Source of the DNA: an uncultured bacterium
GTDB taxonomy: Bacteria; Fidelibacterota; Marinisomatia; Marinisomatales; UBA1611
Direction of reading: 5' to 3'
Assembly: GCA_965660855.1 (NCBI GenBank)
Contig: CBFIBM010000002.1
Location: forward strand, 1 to 64,000
Length of the DNA stretch: 64,000 nucleotides
In this document: in pieces, positions 1 to 9,798 of the stretch
Position numbering within the stretch: the stretch's first letter is position 1
Layout of the letters: every line of letters begins with the position of its first letter
Program-made: the position numbers and the translations under genes
The notes under the pieces: model-generated
Database searches by the model: none
What the model saw: the letters and a program-made list of their open reading frames with translations, nothing else
Told to the model about the DNA's origin: nothing

Positions 1-242
1 CGAGAGGACCGAAGTGGACGAATCTCTGGTGTACCAGTTGTTCCGTCAGGGGCAGTGCTGGGTAGCTACATTCGGAAAGGATAAGCGCTGAAAGCATATA
101 AGCGCGAAACCCACCCTAAGATTAGATTTCCCTGCCTTTAAGGCAATAAGGCTCGTTGAAGACTACAACGTTGATAGGCTACAGGTGTACGTGCAGTAAT
201 GCATTTAGCCGAGTAGTACTAATTAGCCGAACGGCTTTATCA
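1..242 (+). rRNA. rrl: 23S rRNA, 3' end (partial)
   Basis: Begins in the sarcin-ricin loop region (cgagaggacc) and has conserved 23S 3' motifs such as gataagcgctgaaagcat and gttgataggct; GC is higher than in flanking DNA. The 3' end is approximate. Confidence 0.97.
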
Positions 243-288
243 AGCTTTTACTCTTGAATATGAATTTGGCCCAATTTCCAAAATTTTT

Positions 289-407
289 TTCCGGTGACTT
301 TAGCGTTGGGGAAACACCCGATCCCATTTCGAACTCGGCAGTTAAGCCCTTCAGCGCCGATGGTACTGCGCGGGAAACCAGCGTGGGAGAGTAGGACGTT
401 GCCGGGA
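289..407 (+). rRNA. rrf: 5S rRNA
   Basis: Canonical motifs cacccgatcccatttcgaactcggcagttaagc and gccgatggtactgc...gggagagtaggac; terminal helix ttccggtgac/gttgccggga. Confidence 0.97.
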
Positions 408-414
408 ACATTTT

Positions 415-443
415 AAAAAGGCTCTATTCATTAGAGCCTTTTT
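415..443 (+). terminator. Intrinsic terminator of the rRNA operon (potentially bidirectional)
   Basis: Perfect inverted repeat aaaaaggctcta-ttcat-tagagccttttt immediately after 5S. Confidence 0.85.
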
Positions 444-507
444 GATATATACTGTAGATTAATAAATAATAAACTGTATTATTAATTAATATTGAGTAAT
501 TTATTTT

Positions 508-1689
508 ATGGATTCCTACTATAAAAAATTAAGTCATAATCTATCTAGAATTTTTCTATATGTTTTTTCAGTTTCTAGAATTTTTTCACAAGATATTACA
601 CTAACTGGAAATATCTTTGAATATGCTACATATTATGTAAATAGTTTTGACCTTAGTACAGGTGCTACAAATGTTCAAATTTTTAGATATCAACTTACTT
701 CTTCTCAATACCCAGTTGAAGTAAAAGTTAATTTCAAAGCTTCAATGGTTTCACCTTCTCTAGGTATTAACTCCGAACAGACAATTATTGAAATACAGAC
801 AGCCCCCATAATTTTAAATGCACCCTTACTTCTGGATAATAGAGATATTTCATCAGAAACATCTGTTATTTATGATCAAGCATCGCCTCCTAACTCGATA
901 GAGCTAAAAGGTAGCGTTATTGAGAGTTTAGATCCAATGCAGGCTGATGCTATCCTGCAAAGTGTTATGACTACTGGAAAAATTGCAGATGGTGACTACA
1001 CATTTTCAATCCAGATTCTTTCTATTGATGACCAGGTTTTTGCTTCGGATGCAAAAACAATTAATATACAATCTCCAGTTTCAATTACATTGGAATCTCC
1101 AGCTGGAGCACTATCAGATACCACTGATAATACTATTTATACAAATTTTCCTATTTTCCAATGGTTTTCGCAGCCATGCAATGGATGTGAAACATATATT
1201 AGAATTGCACAATTTAATCAACAGCAACACAATTCTCCTGAAGACGCAATTGAAGATCAGAGAGTTTTGCCTTTTGATCAAGGTGAAAATTGGTATCTAT
1301 TGAGCTCTGTTAATAGTTTTCAATATCCATTAACTGGTGCATACCCTTTAGAAGAAGGGAATGTATATTGTTGGCAAATTATGATAAAAATGCCTACTAC
1401 ATCTGGTTTTGAAGAGATGACATCCTCAATCTCTTCTTTTAAAATTGGAGTCTCCGGGGAAATAAATAACTCGTCAATGATTTCAAATCCATTTTTAACC
1501 GCATTGAAAAATACATTAGGTGATGATCAGTATAATGCTTTATTTGGTTCTGGTAATGAACTTCAAGGTTTTATCCCAACAGGCCAAATGGAAATAAATG
1601 GTGTAAATGTAGATGTTTCTAGTGTTAATTATATATTGAATCAAATTCAAAGTAGTTCGCTTCAAATAAGGTCCGTTACAGTTGAATAA
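508..1689 (+). CDS. Exported protein of unknown function with a probable Ig/FN3-like domain
   Basis: 393 aa with a signal-like N-terminus ending IFSQ; beta-rich; motif LESP...FPIFQW...SFQYP...PLEEGNVYCWQI resembles FN3/DUF928-like modules (pattern recognition, not a search); overlaps the next gene. Confidence 0.6.
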   Translation: MDSYYKKLSHNLSRIFLYVFSVSRIFSQDITLTGNIFEYATYYVNSFDLSTGATNVQIFRYQLTSSQYPVEVKVNFKASMVSPSLGINSEQTIIEIQTAPIILNAPLLLDNRDISSETSVIYDQASPPNSIELKGSVIESLDPMQADAILQSVMTTGKIADGDYTFSIQILSIDDQVFASDAKTINIQSPVSITLESPAGALSDTTDNTIYTNFPIFQWFSQPCNGCETYIRIAQFNQQQHNSPEDAIEDQRVLPFDQGENWYLLSSVNSFQYPLTGAYPLEEGNVYCWQIMIKMPTTSGFEEMTSSISSFKIGVSGEINNSSMISNPFLTALKNTLGDDQYNALFGSGNELQGFIPTGQMEINGVNVDVSSVNYILNQIQSSSLQIRSVTVE

Positions 1690-2359
1690 TTCATTATTTA
1701 AATTTTTTATTTTCATCCTAATTTATATTGGAAATCTACAAGGAAGTAAGATTGCTGTTGCAACAAAAGTAAAAGGTCTTGTTGAGCTAATGCCAAGCGG
1801 GGAAAAACTTTTTACCAAATTAAAAGTTGGAACAATTTTAGCTGATGGGGATAAAATAAGAACAGGTACTTCAGGATTTGCTGCAATAATTTTTATCGAT
1901 GACAAGTCAACTTTAAAATTAAAAGGTAATTCCGAGGCCGTAATTACTGGACAGAGAACAGCAGCGAGTATTTCAAAAAAAATAAATATGGATTCTGGTA
2001 CTATAAGAGCGACTATTAAGAAACAAAATACAAGTTTTGTTATCCAAACACCCACTTCTGTTGCATCTGTTAAAGGAACAGATTTCTGGTTATTATCAGA
2101 TCCAGATAAAGGAGATCAAGTGATTGGCCTTGAAGGCATTGTTGGACTTAAAAATATTGAAACTGGGCAAGATGTTGATGTTGTAAAAGGTATGTCTGGG
2201 ATATCAACTCCAGATGGAGATATAGGAATTGAAGAAACAGTTGCTTCATCAATTCCAACTGATCCAAGTGATGTCAGTGAAGATGGACCCTCCCAATTTA
2301 AGATTTATTTGGAAGGACCTAATGGCACTCAAAAAGTAATGGTGATAGAGTATCAGTAA
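1682..2359 (+). CDS. Exported FecR-domain protein
   Basis: Signal peptide, then FecR-like motifs GDKIRTG...F.DDKSTLKL and FVIQTPTSVASVKGTDF; acidic linker; TTG start. Confidence 0.85.
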   Translation: MNNSLFKFFIFILIYIGNLQGSKIAVATKVKGLVELMPSGEKLFTKLKVGTILADGDKIRTGTSGFAAIIFIDDKSTLKLKGNSEAVITGQRTAASISKKINMDSGTIRATIKKQNTSFVIQTPTSVASVKGTDFWLLSDPDKGDQVIGLEGIVGLKNIETGQDVDVVKGMSGISTPDGDIGIEETVASSIPTDPSDVSEDGPSQFKIYLEGPNGTQKVMVIEYQ

Positions 2360-2422
2360 TCATTATCTTTAATCAATATTAAAAAAAATAATTAGCTCTT
2401 TACAAGCAGAGTTCATGATCTT

Positions 2423-5218
2423 TTGAAAGTTTACTTTTCTTTACTTCTAAATTTTATTACGGTAGTATTTTCTCAATCCACAAATTTATATTATCACAAA
2501 ACTCCATTGGATGTTAATACGGGTGAGGCAGTAGAAATTTCTCAACTTCTATTTTCAGATTTAAATATAGAAAAGGGGATGTTGTATTTCAGAAATAGTG
2601 GAGAAATAAGTTATCAAGAAGTAGAAATGAGGTTTATTGATGGGAAGTGGGTAGGACTTATTCCTGGAGATAGAGTAACAAATATTGGAATAGAGTACTT
2701 AACAGTTTTAACAACCTTTGATGGTGGTAGAATAGGAATGCCTTTAGTCGAAGACCCTTTTATTAATCCATTGATTATAAATATTAAACCAAATAAATCT
2801 GAGGATTCTACTAATAAAAAAGATGTCAAAACTGTATCTCAACCAGATGTTTTAATACTATCACCTGAAAATGGATCCTTTCAAAAATCCGATGAATTGG
2901 TGATATCTGTCTCCTTATTTAACACCCCAGAAATTGATCAAAAATCTTTTCAAATATTTATTGATGATACTGATTTTACTGAAAAAACTGTGATTTTTGG
3001 TGATGTTTTATCTCTGGTTCCAGAAATTGATTTTGGAATAGGATTGCACAAAATAAAAATTTTATTTCAAACTACTTATGGAATACCATTGACTCCTATA
3101 GAATGGTCATTCACTTCCAGTAAAGGACTTTCTAGTTTATCTGAAAGTTTCTCATACAAAGGAACAGTAATTAGAAAAAAATCTTCAAATACAGCTTCAA
3201 AAGTAACTCTTAGCGAAGATCAATTAAATCTTAGATTGGAGGCAGAAATCAGTTGGATAAAGGGTAAGTATCTTTTGAAAAATTCAAGTAGAAATTCAAA
3301 GTATGCACAACCTTTAAACAGAAGGAGTCTATTTCTTCAAATAACCGATTATCTTCGAATAGAGAGAGGCGATATATATCCATCAATTTCACCTATGATA
3401 TTAGATGGGAAAAGAGTAAATGGTAGGTATACAGATTTAGATCTAAACTACGGATTTGGGTTTAATGGTATTGATGTATTTGGGAAAAATTTTTTGGGAT
3501 TTGATTTAAATGGTAATTTTGAGCTAAAAATCGTCTCTGGAAAATTATCAGAAACAGTTCAATACAAAAAAGGACTGAATAATGCATATCAATTATTAGA
3601 AGATTTAGTCCAATATGATGAGCAAGGTAATAGAGTTTATGTTTTGACAAGAAGAGGTTATACTTTTCCTAGAAAAATAAATGCAGCTAGGATATCATTT
3701 TCATTAAATAATCGATACAAAGGTGGCATTCATTTCTTAAAAGCAAAAGACGATTACGAAGATATAAAAACTAATATCTCATATGATAACTTCTTTTCTG
3801 TTAGCGAGTTAATAACCGGAGATAGTATTACTAATTATTATACGATACCACAGTTTATTGATTCCTTAATTAATCAAGACACCATTAGAATAAAAACAAA
3901 AAATTGGAATAATGGGACACCACAAGAAAACTTAGTTTTTGGTTTTGATTTAGAGACTGCATTAGATAATCGAAAATTATTATTTCAACTTGGATGGAAT
4001 ATGAGTTTAACAAACTCTAATATTTGGGCAGGGGTTGCAAGTAAAGACTCATTAGACCTTATGATGGATACTTTGATTGATGGAAAACTATTAGATATAC
4101 CAATTAATGATGTTGGTGATTTTATTGATAGTTATTCAGATATTTTTACAGTAAACCCTTTATTTATGACGCCAATAATACCTATTGATCCAATCGCAGC
4201 TGAAGAAAGTCAAATACGAGCTATATTAAATATGCCTTCTTCAGCGTATTATATAAGGGCAAAGGCTAGTTATTCTTTTAATAATGTATTAATTGAATAT
4301 AAGCAGTTAGGTCCTGAGTATAGATCCTTCGGAAACCCCTATTTAACCAACAATATAAGAGAATTCACTATTAATGATCGTCTTTCAACATTAGGTAGAC
4401 GGCTAATGTTTGTTTTAGGCTATAGGTATAGGGATAATAAGTTATCGGATCTTGTTCCCAACCCTTTGACCTCAAAGACATTTTCATTAAGCACTACTCT
4501 TGTTCCTGGACCAGGAGCGCCATCAATAATATTGAATTTACAATCAATAGGAAGAACCAACGGGATAGATTCAGTTGATACGGATCAATATGGGAATTAT
4601 TTAGGTGATAGTAGAGAAAACTCTCAGGCCTTAAATATTATGGGGTCTGTAAATATACCAGGAAAATTTGAGATGTTTACCACAACTACCTCAATTAATA
4701 TTAGTTCTATTACTTATAGTGATAATCTTTCTTCAGTCCGAAAATCAGATTATTTTTTTTCAAAGTCAGAGACACAATCTATATCTGCTACTATTTCGAC
4801 TCGATTTAATATACCTTTAAGAACAACATCTTCTTTTAATACAACTAATATTCGAACACCATTTTTAAACTCTGATGACAAAGTCTCAATTCAAGAAAAC
4901 TCATGGACAAGCATAAGTTCATCAGCTACATATTCATTTTTTAAAAATAAATTAAGAATTAGAGGTGGGATTGACTTTACAAGTAATGGAAAAAAAGGAA
5001 ATCTTGCAACAAAATTATATGGTTCTAAATTTGGGGGTGATTGGGATATCTTTGATAAATTAACATTAACATTAAATAGTTCAATGAGACTAATTGATAA
5101 TCAGGGAAATAAGAATGATGGTAGAGATAATGATCAAGATGGTGAGGTTGATGAGCTTAGAGAAAATTGGTCTATGAGTAGTTCAGGTATAAATTTGACT
5201 TTAGGTTATAAATTTTGA
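2423..5218 (+). CDS. Large outer-membrane beta-barrel protein with N-terminal Ig-like domains
   Basis: Signal peptide; two Ig-like segments (LYFRNSG...WVGLIP...GIEYL and ILSPENGS...GLHKIKI...EWSF); amphipathic strands; C-terminal BAM-type signal GINLTLGYKF. Confidence 0.7.
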   Translation: MKVYFSLLLNFITVVFSQSTNLYYHKTPLDVNTGEAVEISQLLFSDLNIEKGMLYFRNSGEISYQEVEMRFIDGKWVGLIPGDRVTNIGIEYLTVLTTFDGGRIGMPLVEDPFINPLIINIKPNKSEDSTNKKDVKTVSQPDVLILSPENGSFQKSDELVISVSLFNTPEIDQKSFQIFIDDTDFTEKTVIFGDVLSLVPEIDFGIGLHKIKILFQTTYGIPLTPIEWSFTSSKGLSSLSESFSYKGTVIRKKSSNTASKVTLSEDQLNLRLEAEISWIKGKYLLKNSSRNSKYAQPLNRRSLFLQITDYLRIERGDIYPSISPMILDGKRVNGRYTDLDLNYGFGFNGIDVFGKNFLGFDLNGNFELKIVSGKLSETVQYKKGLNNAYQLLEDLVQYDEQGNRVYVLTRRGYTFPRKINAARISFSLNNRYKGGIHFLKAKDDYEDIKTNISYDNFFSVSELITGDSITNYYTIPQFIDSLINQDTIRIKTKNWNNGTPQENLVFGFDLETALDNRKLLFQLGWNMSLTNSNIWAGVASKDSLDLMMDTLIDGKLLDIPINDVGDFIDSYSDIFTVNPLFMTPIIPIDPIAAEESQIRAILNMPSSAYYIRAKASYSFNNVLIEYKQLGPEYRSFGNPYLTNNIREFTINDRLSTLGRRLMFVLGYRYRDNKLSDLVPNPLTSKTFSLSTTLVPGPGAPSIILNLQSIGRTNGIDSVDTDQYGNYLGDSRENSQALNIMGSVNIPGKFEMFTTTTSINISSITYSDNLSSVRKSDYFFSKSETQSISATISTRFNIPLRTTSSFNTTNIRTPFLNSDDKVSIQENSWTSISSSATYSFFKNKLRIRGGIDFTSNGKKGNLATKLYGSKFGGDWDIFDKLTLTLNSSMRLIDNQGNKNDGRDNDQDGEVDELRENWSMSSSGINLTLGYKF

Positions 5219-7767
5219 TACGTAAAATAAAAAAATTTATTTTTGAACATATAATTGATTTAAGTCTTACTATCTCAACAATTATAATAACATGCTTGCT
5301 TCATTGGATTGGGATTTTTGATTTTTTAGAATTAAAAACATATGATTATAGATTCCACTCAGTAAGAGGTCCATTAACGGGTTGGAGAGCAAGTGATTCA
5401 ACTATTATCAATAGAGGGACTGATGTGGTACTTGTCGAAGTTGATGATGAATCATGGAGAGTACTTAAAGATAAAAAAGTACCCTGGCCATATCCCAGAG
5501 GTGATATCTGGGCGCGTGCTGTTGACAACCTTTCTAATGCTGGTGCTAGAGTAATTGCATTTGATATTCAATTTGACTCTCCTGATGCGAGATCTGAATA
5601 TTTGAGAAGCGTGAGTGGAAATTTACCTGTAGAATTTCAACAATATCTACCTGGGCATGGTGACATCATTTTAGCACAATCTATAAAAAAAGCTCAATCT
5701 AAAGGTACAAAGGTAGTAATGGATGTAAAAATGGTTAGAGAGCCAACTCGAATCCCACCATCTTATATCGCATACCCAGTTAAAGAAATAATGGATGTAA
5801 ACCCTGAAACTGGTTTAATAAATGATATGCTAGATATCGATGGCTTTTCAAGGCAATATAGTATTGCGGGTTATATGGAACATGAACCAGAGGTTGCTTA
5901 TTTAACATTGGGAATGAAATGTGTTAAGGAATATTTAATGATATCTGATGATGTGAAACCTTATTTTAATCCCCAAAAACTAGAGTGGACATTTGATAAT
6001 CTTAAAATAAAATCTTATGGTAGAACTAATAACTTTTTGGTTAATTATTATGGTCCACCCTCAGGTTACAAAGTACCAGGTAGAAATGATTTAAAAGCAT
6101 GGAGTACTTTTCCAAGGTTTTCATTATCGCAAATTCTAGATACTCAAGATTATGATATCCCTGAAGATATTGACTGGATGAGTCAATTTATTCCAGGTGA
6201 AATTCCAGATTGGATTAAAGAATTAGAGAGTGCAAGTGAGAGAGATGAAATGATGGAGGTGATGGGTATTGGGAAAGGTTTTGATATAAAAAAATCACCA
6301 TTTTATAATAAAATAGTGATTTTAGGAGTTTCTGTTGAAGTATTACACGATGTTAAATCTACTCCTTTTTATAACTATATGGGTTTAAGTCAATTAACTC
6401 CTGGAATGGAGACTCATGCAAATGCAATACAAACAATTCTTCATGACAATTATATATCCGTTTTTGGTGGTAAGGTTACTAGATATTTAGCAGAGGGTTC
6501 TGGTTATCCATTGGTGAATATTCTTCTAATATCCTTCATGTGCTTTTTTGCTTATTTCATCCTAACTAAAATTAACAGTCATCCAATAATTGCAGGGTTA
6601 GTAATCCTATCTCAAGGTTTATTATATTATTCAATTACAATGGGTATGTTTGCTAATGATTATTTATGGTTTTGGAAATCATTAGTTACAACTATTCTAC
6701 CTGAATCACTTCATGGGCTCTTATATAGTAAGCTTCAAGTGAATTTACCAAATCCAGGAGAAAGTTACATAATGCCTGTTGTTGCTCCTATCACTGGAAT
6801 ATTATTAACATATTCGAGTAATATTATATTTCAATTTTTACATGAACAACAAGATAAAAAGTTTTTACGTGATACTTTTGGAACATATATATCACCTGAA
6901 GTGTTAGATAAGATGTATGAAGAAAAACAGGCTCCAAAATTAGGTGGTGTTGAAGGGCATCATACTGCTTTCTTCTCTGATATTCAAAGTTTTTCTACTT
7001 TTTCAGAAGTATTAGAACCGGAGAGAATGGTAGCATTAATGAATGAATACTTAACAGTAATGTCTAAAGTTGTTTTAGAGAATCAAGGTACGCTAGACAA
7101 ATATATTGGTGATGCAATAGTTGCTTTTTATGGTGCTCCAGTACATGTCGAGGATCATGAAAAAAAATCATGTTTTACAGCATTAGATATGCAAAAAGCA
7201 TTAAATGATTTAAGGATAAAATGGAAAAAAGAAGGTAATTGGCCGGAAATTGTTTATTCAATGCAACATCGTATTGGCTTAAATTGTGGAAAAATGGTAA
7301 CTGGGAATATGGGATCGGAGATGAGGATGAATTACACAATGATGGGAGATACAGTTAACCTAGCTGCTCGATTAGAATCATCGGCAAAGCATTACGGAGT
7401 ATATAATTTTGTAGGAGAAAATATATATGAAGCAACGAAAGATGATTTTATTTTCAGATTTTTAGATTTTGTAAAAGTAAAAGGAAAAAATATACCAGTT
7501 AAAGTTTACGAATTAGTCTCACATAAAAATAATATTAGTAATGAGAATATTATGCTTGTAAAAAAATTCGAAGAAGGAATAGATTTATATTTTCAACAAA
7601 ACTGGAAAAAAGCATTAAGCAAGTTTGAAGAATCAAAACAAATAGAAGATTATTTTGAGGCTAGAAATACCACGCCTTCTCAAATTTATATTGATAGGTG
7701 TAAACAATTTCAAAAAAAACCACCAGAAAAAAATTGGAATGGTGTTTGGACTATGACATCAAAGTAG
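5215..7767 (+). CDS. CHASE2-domain class III adenylate cyclase
   Basis: N-terminal TM; CHASE2 motifs (ELKTYDYRF, VVLVEVDDES, WPYPR, GARVIAFDIQF, PGMETHANAIQTIL); TM helices; cyclase motifs FFSDIQSFS, LDKYIGDAIVAFYG, YTMMGDTVNLAARLE, VKVKGK; TPR-like tail ending WNGVW. Confidence 0.93.
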   Translation: MIRKIKKFIFEHIIDLSLTISTIIITCLLHWIGIFDFLELKTYDYRFHSVRGPLTGWRASDSTIINRGTDVVLVEVDDESWRVLKDKKVPWPYPRGDIWARAVDNLSNAGARVIAFDIQFDSPDARSEYLRSVSGNLPVEFQQYLPGHGDIILAQSIKKAQSKGTKVVMDVKMVREPTRIPPSYIAYPVKEIMDVNPETGLINDMLDIDGFSRQYSIAGYMEHEPEVAYLTLGMKCVKEYLMISDDVKPYFNPQKLEWTFDNLKIKSYGRTNNFLVNYYGPPSGYKVPGRNDLKAWSTFPRFSLSQILDTQDYDIPEDIDWMSQFIPGEIPDWIKELESASERDEMMEVMGIGKGFDIKKSPFYNKIVILGVSVEVLHDVKSTPFYNYMGLSQLTPGMETHANAIQTILHDNYISVFGGKVTRYLAEGSGYPLVNILLISFMCFFAYFILTKINSHPIIAGLVILSQGLLYYSITMGMFANDYLWFWKSLVTTILPESLHGLLYSKLQVNLPNPGESYIMPVVAPITGILLTYSSNIIFQFLHEQQDKKFLRDTFGTYISPEVLDKMYEEKQAPKLGGVEGHHTAFFSDIQSFSTFSEVLEPERMVALMNEYLTVMSKVVLENQGTLDKYIGDAIVAFYGAPVHVEDHEKKSCFTALDMQKALNDLRIKWKKEGNWPEIVYSMQHRIGLNCGKMVTGNMGSEMRMNYTMMGDTVNLAARLESSAKHYGVYNFVGENIYEATKDDFIFRFLDFVKVKGKNIPVKVYELVSHKNNISNENIMLVKKFEEGIDLYFQQNWKKALSKFEESKQIEDYFEARNTTPSQIYIDRCKQFQKKPPEKNWNGVWTMTSK

Positions 7768-7802
7768 GTAGCATAAAATCTTAATTTTTAAATCGTGAAA
7801 AT

Positions 7803-9371
7803 ATGAAAAATAATCGTGGAAAAATTCTTTGGGTTGATGATGAAATTGAACATTTAAAACCACATATTCTTTTTTTAGAGGATAAGGGCTATAATCTTTT
7901 TAAAACAAATAATGGTCAAGATGCAATTGAACTAATCAAAAAAGAGTATTTTGATTTAGTACTTTTAGATCAATCAATGCCAGGAATGGATGGGTTAAGT
8001 GTATTAATTGAGATCAAAAAGATAAATAAATCACAATTAATTATTATGATAACCAAAACCGAAGATGAATGGTTAATGGATGAAGTTATTACCGGGCAAA
8101 TAGAACAACTATTATTTAAACCTGTAAACCCAAGCCAAATTTTTATGGCTTGTAAACAAGCACTTGAAAAAACGCTTTTAAGAGAGCAAAAAGCGACAAA
8201 AGATTATTTAAAAGAATTTCAAGATTTAAATCAACGCCTTAATGAAGAACTTGATGCTGATAAATGGTGGGTGTTATATGATAAAATTATTGATTGGCAG
8301 TTAAAGTTTGATGTTTATAAAGATATAGGATTAAATACTATTTTAGAAGATCAAATACAAACTTGTAATAAAAAATTTAGTAGTTACATAGAAAATTACT
8401 ATTCAGAATGGTTAAATCAAGAAAATAGACCTCCATTATCTACAGATATATTTGATAAGTATGTAAAACCAAGACTTTATAAAAATGAGAGGGTTTGTCT
8501 ATTGGTTGTAGACTGTATGAGGTATGATCATTTTAAAAGTATTTTGCCAATATTGGAGAATTTTTTTAAAGTGACTATTGAATATAAATTTTCATTGTTG
8601 CCAACAGCAACTCCATATTCAAGAAATGCTATTTTTTCAGGTCTTTACCCAGATGAAATGGTAGAAAAATATCCTCAGCAAGCATTGGATATGAAAAATG
8701 GTGCATCTAGTTTAAATCAATTTGAAAAGTTATTTTTAGAAAAGCAATTAAGAAAAAATGGATTTGAAGATAAAAAAATTCATTATCATAAAATTTGGGC
8801 CGTTCAGGAAGGCGATAAATTTAAAAATAAAATAAAAGACTATCTTCAAAAAGACCTTCTGGCACTTGTTGTTAATTTTGTTGATATATTAGCACACAAT
8901 AGTTCGCAATCAGGAGTTTTGAAAGAGATGGTCCCTGATGAAACAGGTTATAGGTCTGCTGTTAAATCTTGGTTTGAGAATTCATGGCTATTAGATGTTC
9001 TAAAAGAGCTAAGTTTTAACGATTGGACAATTATTATGACAAGTGATCATGGGAGTATAAGGGTTAAGAACGATGTAATGGTTGCAGCCGATAAAGGAGC
9101 GTCTACAGGAGTAAGATATAAAAATGGAAGAAATCTAAATACTAATAAAAAACATGCACTTATTGTCAAAGAGCCTGAAAAATATAAATTACCAGTTTTT
9201 GGACCTCAAGCCAGCTACGTAATAGCAAAAGGAGATAATTATTTTATATATCCAAATGAAAAAAGTAAATATCAAAATAAAATTAAAAATTCATTCCAAC
9301 ATGGAGGTATTAGTATGGAAGAGATGATGGTACCAATTGGTATTATGAAAGGGAAAAAAAATGATTCTTAA
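7803..9371 (+). CDS. porX: PorX-like response regulator (REC plus PglZ/alkaline-phosphatase-superfamily domain)
   Basis: REC motifs ILWVDDE, LLDQSMPGMDG, KP; PglZ motifs VDCMRYD, LLPTATPYSRNAIFSG, NFVDILAH, TSDHG, FQHGGIS; adjacent to tsaE as in Bacteroidota. Confidence 0.85.
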   Translation: MKNNRGKILWVDDEIEHLKPHILFLEDKGYNLFKTNNGQDAIELIKKEYFDLVLLDQSMPGMDGLSVLIEIKKINKSQLIIMITKTEDEWLMDEVITGQIEQLLFKPVNPSQIFMACKQALEKTLLREQKATKDYLKEFQDLNQRLNEELDADKWWVLYDKIIDWQLKFDVYKDIGLNTILEDQIQTCNKKFSSYIENYYSEWLNQENRPPLSTDIFDKYVKPRLYKNERVCLLVVDCMRYDHFKSILPILENFFKVTIEYKFSLLPTATPYSRNAIFSGLYPDEMVEKYPQQALDMKNGASSLNQFEKLFLEKQLRKNGFEDKKIHYHKIWAVQEGDKFKNKIKDYLQKDLLALVVNFVDILAHNSSQSGVLKEMVPDETGYRSAVKSWFENSWLLDVLKELSFNDWTIIMTSDHGSIRVKNDVMVAADKGASTGVRYKNGRNLNTNKKHALIVKEPEKYKLPVFGPQASYVIAKGDNYFIYPNEKSKYQNKIKNSFQHGGISMEEMMVPIGIMKGKKNDS

Positions 9372-9798
9372 AAGTAAGTCTGTCCAAGATACTCACGACA
9401 TTTCTGAAAAATTATTAAATATCTCTAACCCCGGTACAGTCTTTGCCTTAATTGGTGATCTGGGCACTGGTAAAACAACTTTCGCTCAAGGTTTTGCTAT
9501 AGCATTAGGTGTAAAAAGTAGAGTAGGTTCTCCGACATTTAAATTAGTGTCCGAATATAATGGAAGAGACTATAAGCTTTACCATATTGATGCTTATAGG
9601 TTAAAAAATTCAAATGAATTTTTAAATATTGGGGGGGAGGAATACCTTATTTCAAAAAATAATTATACTTTAATTGAATGGGCCGATATTATTGAAAATA
9701 TACTTCCTAAACATACAATAAAAGTAGAATTCTCTAGATCAATTGATAATAAAAATAATAGGGAAATAAAAATAACAGGTTTAGAGAATGAGCTCTAA
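9361..9798 (+). CDS. tsaE: tRNA threonylcarbamoyladenosine biosynthesis ATPase TsaE
   Basis: GDLGTGKTT Walker A, SPTF, HIDAYRL, LIEWA. Confidence 0.95.
   Translation: MILKSKSVQDTHDISEKLLNISNPGTVFALIGDLGTGKTTFAQGFAIALGVKSRVGSPTFKLVSEYNGRDYKLYHIDAYRLKNSNEFLNIGGEEYLISKNNYTLIEWADIIENILPKHTIKVEFSRSIDNKNNREIKITGLENEL

Noticed and set aside
243..288. tRNA or other RNA in the 23S-5S spacer
   Set aside because: Only about 46 nt with no cloverleaf; no tRNA was recognised anywhere in the window.
223..411. 62-aa minus-strand ORF
   Set aside because: Antisense to 5S/23S rRNA; a familiar spurious ORF.
7803..9371. BREX/Pgl phage-defence locus because of the PglZ domain
   Set aside because: REC-PglZ next to tsaE is the PorX architecture; no brxC, pglX or brxL genes are nearby.
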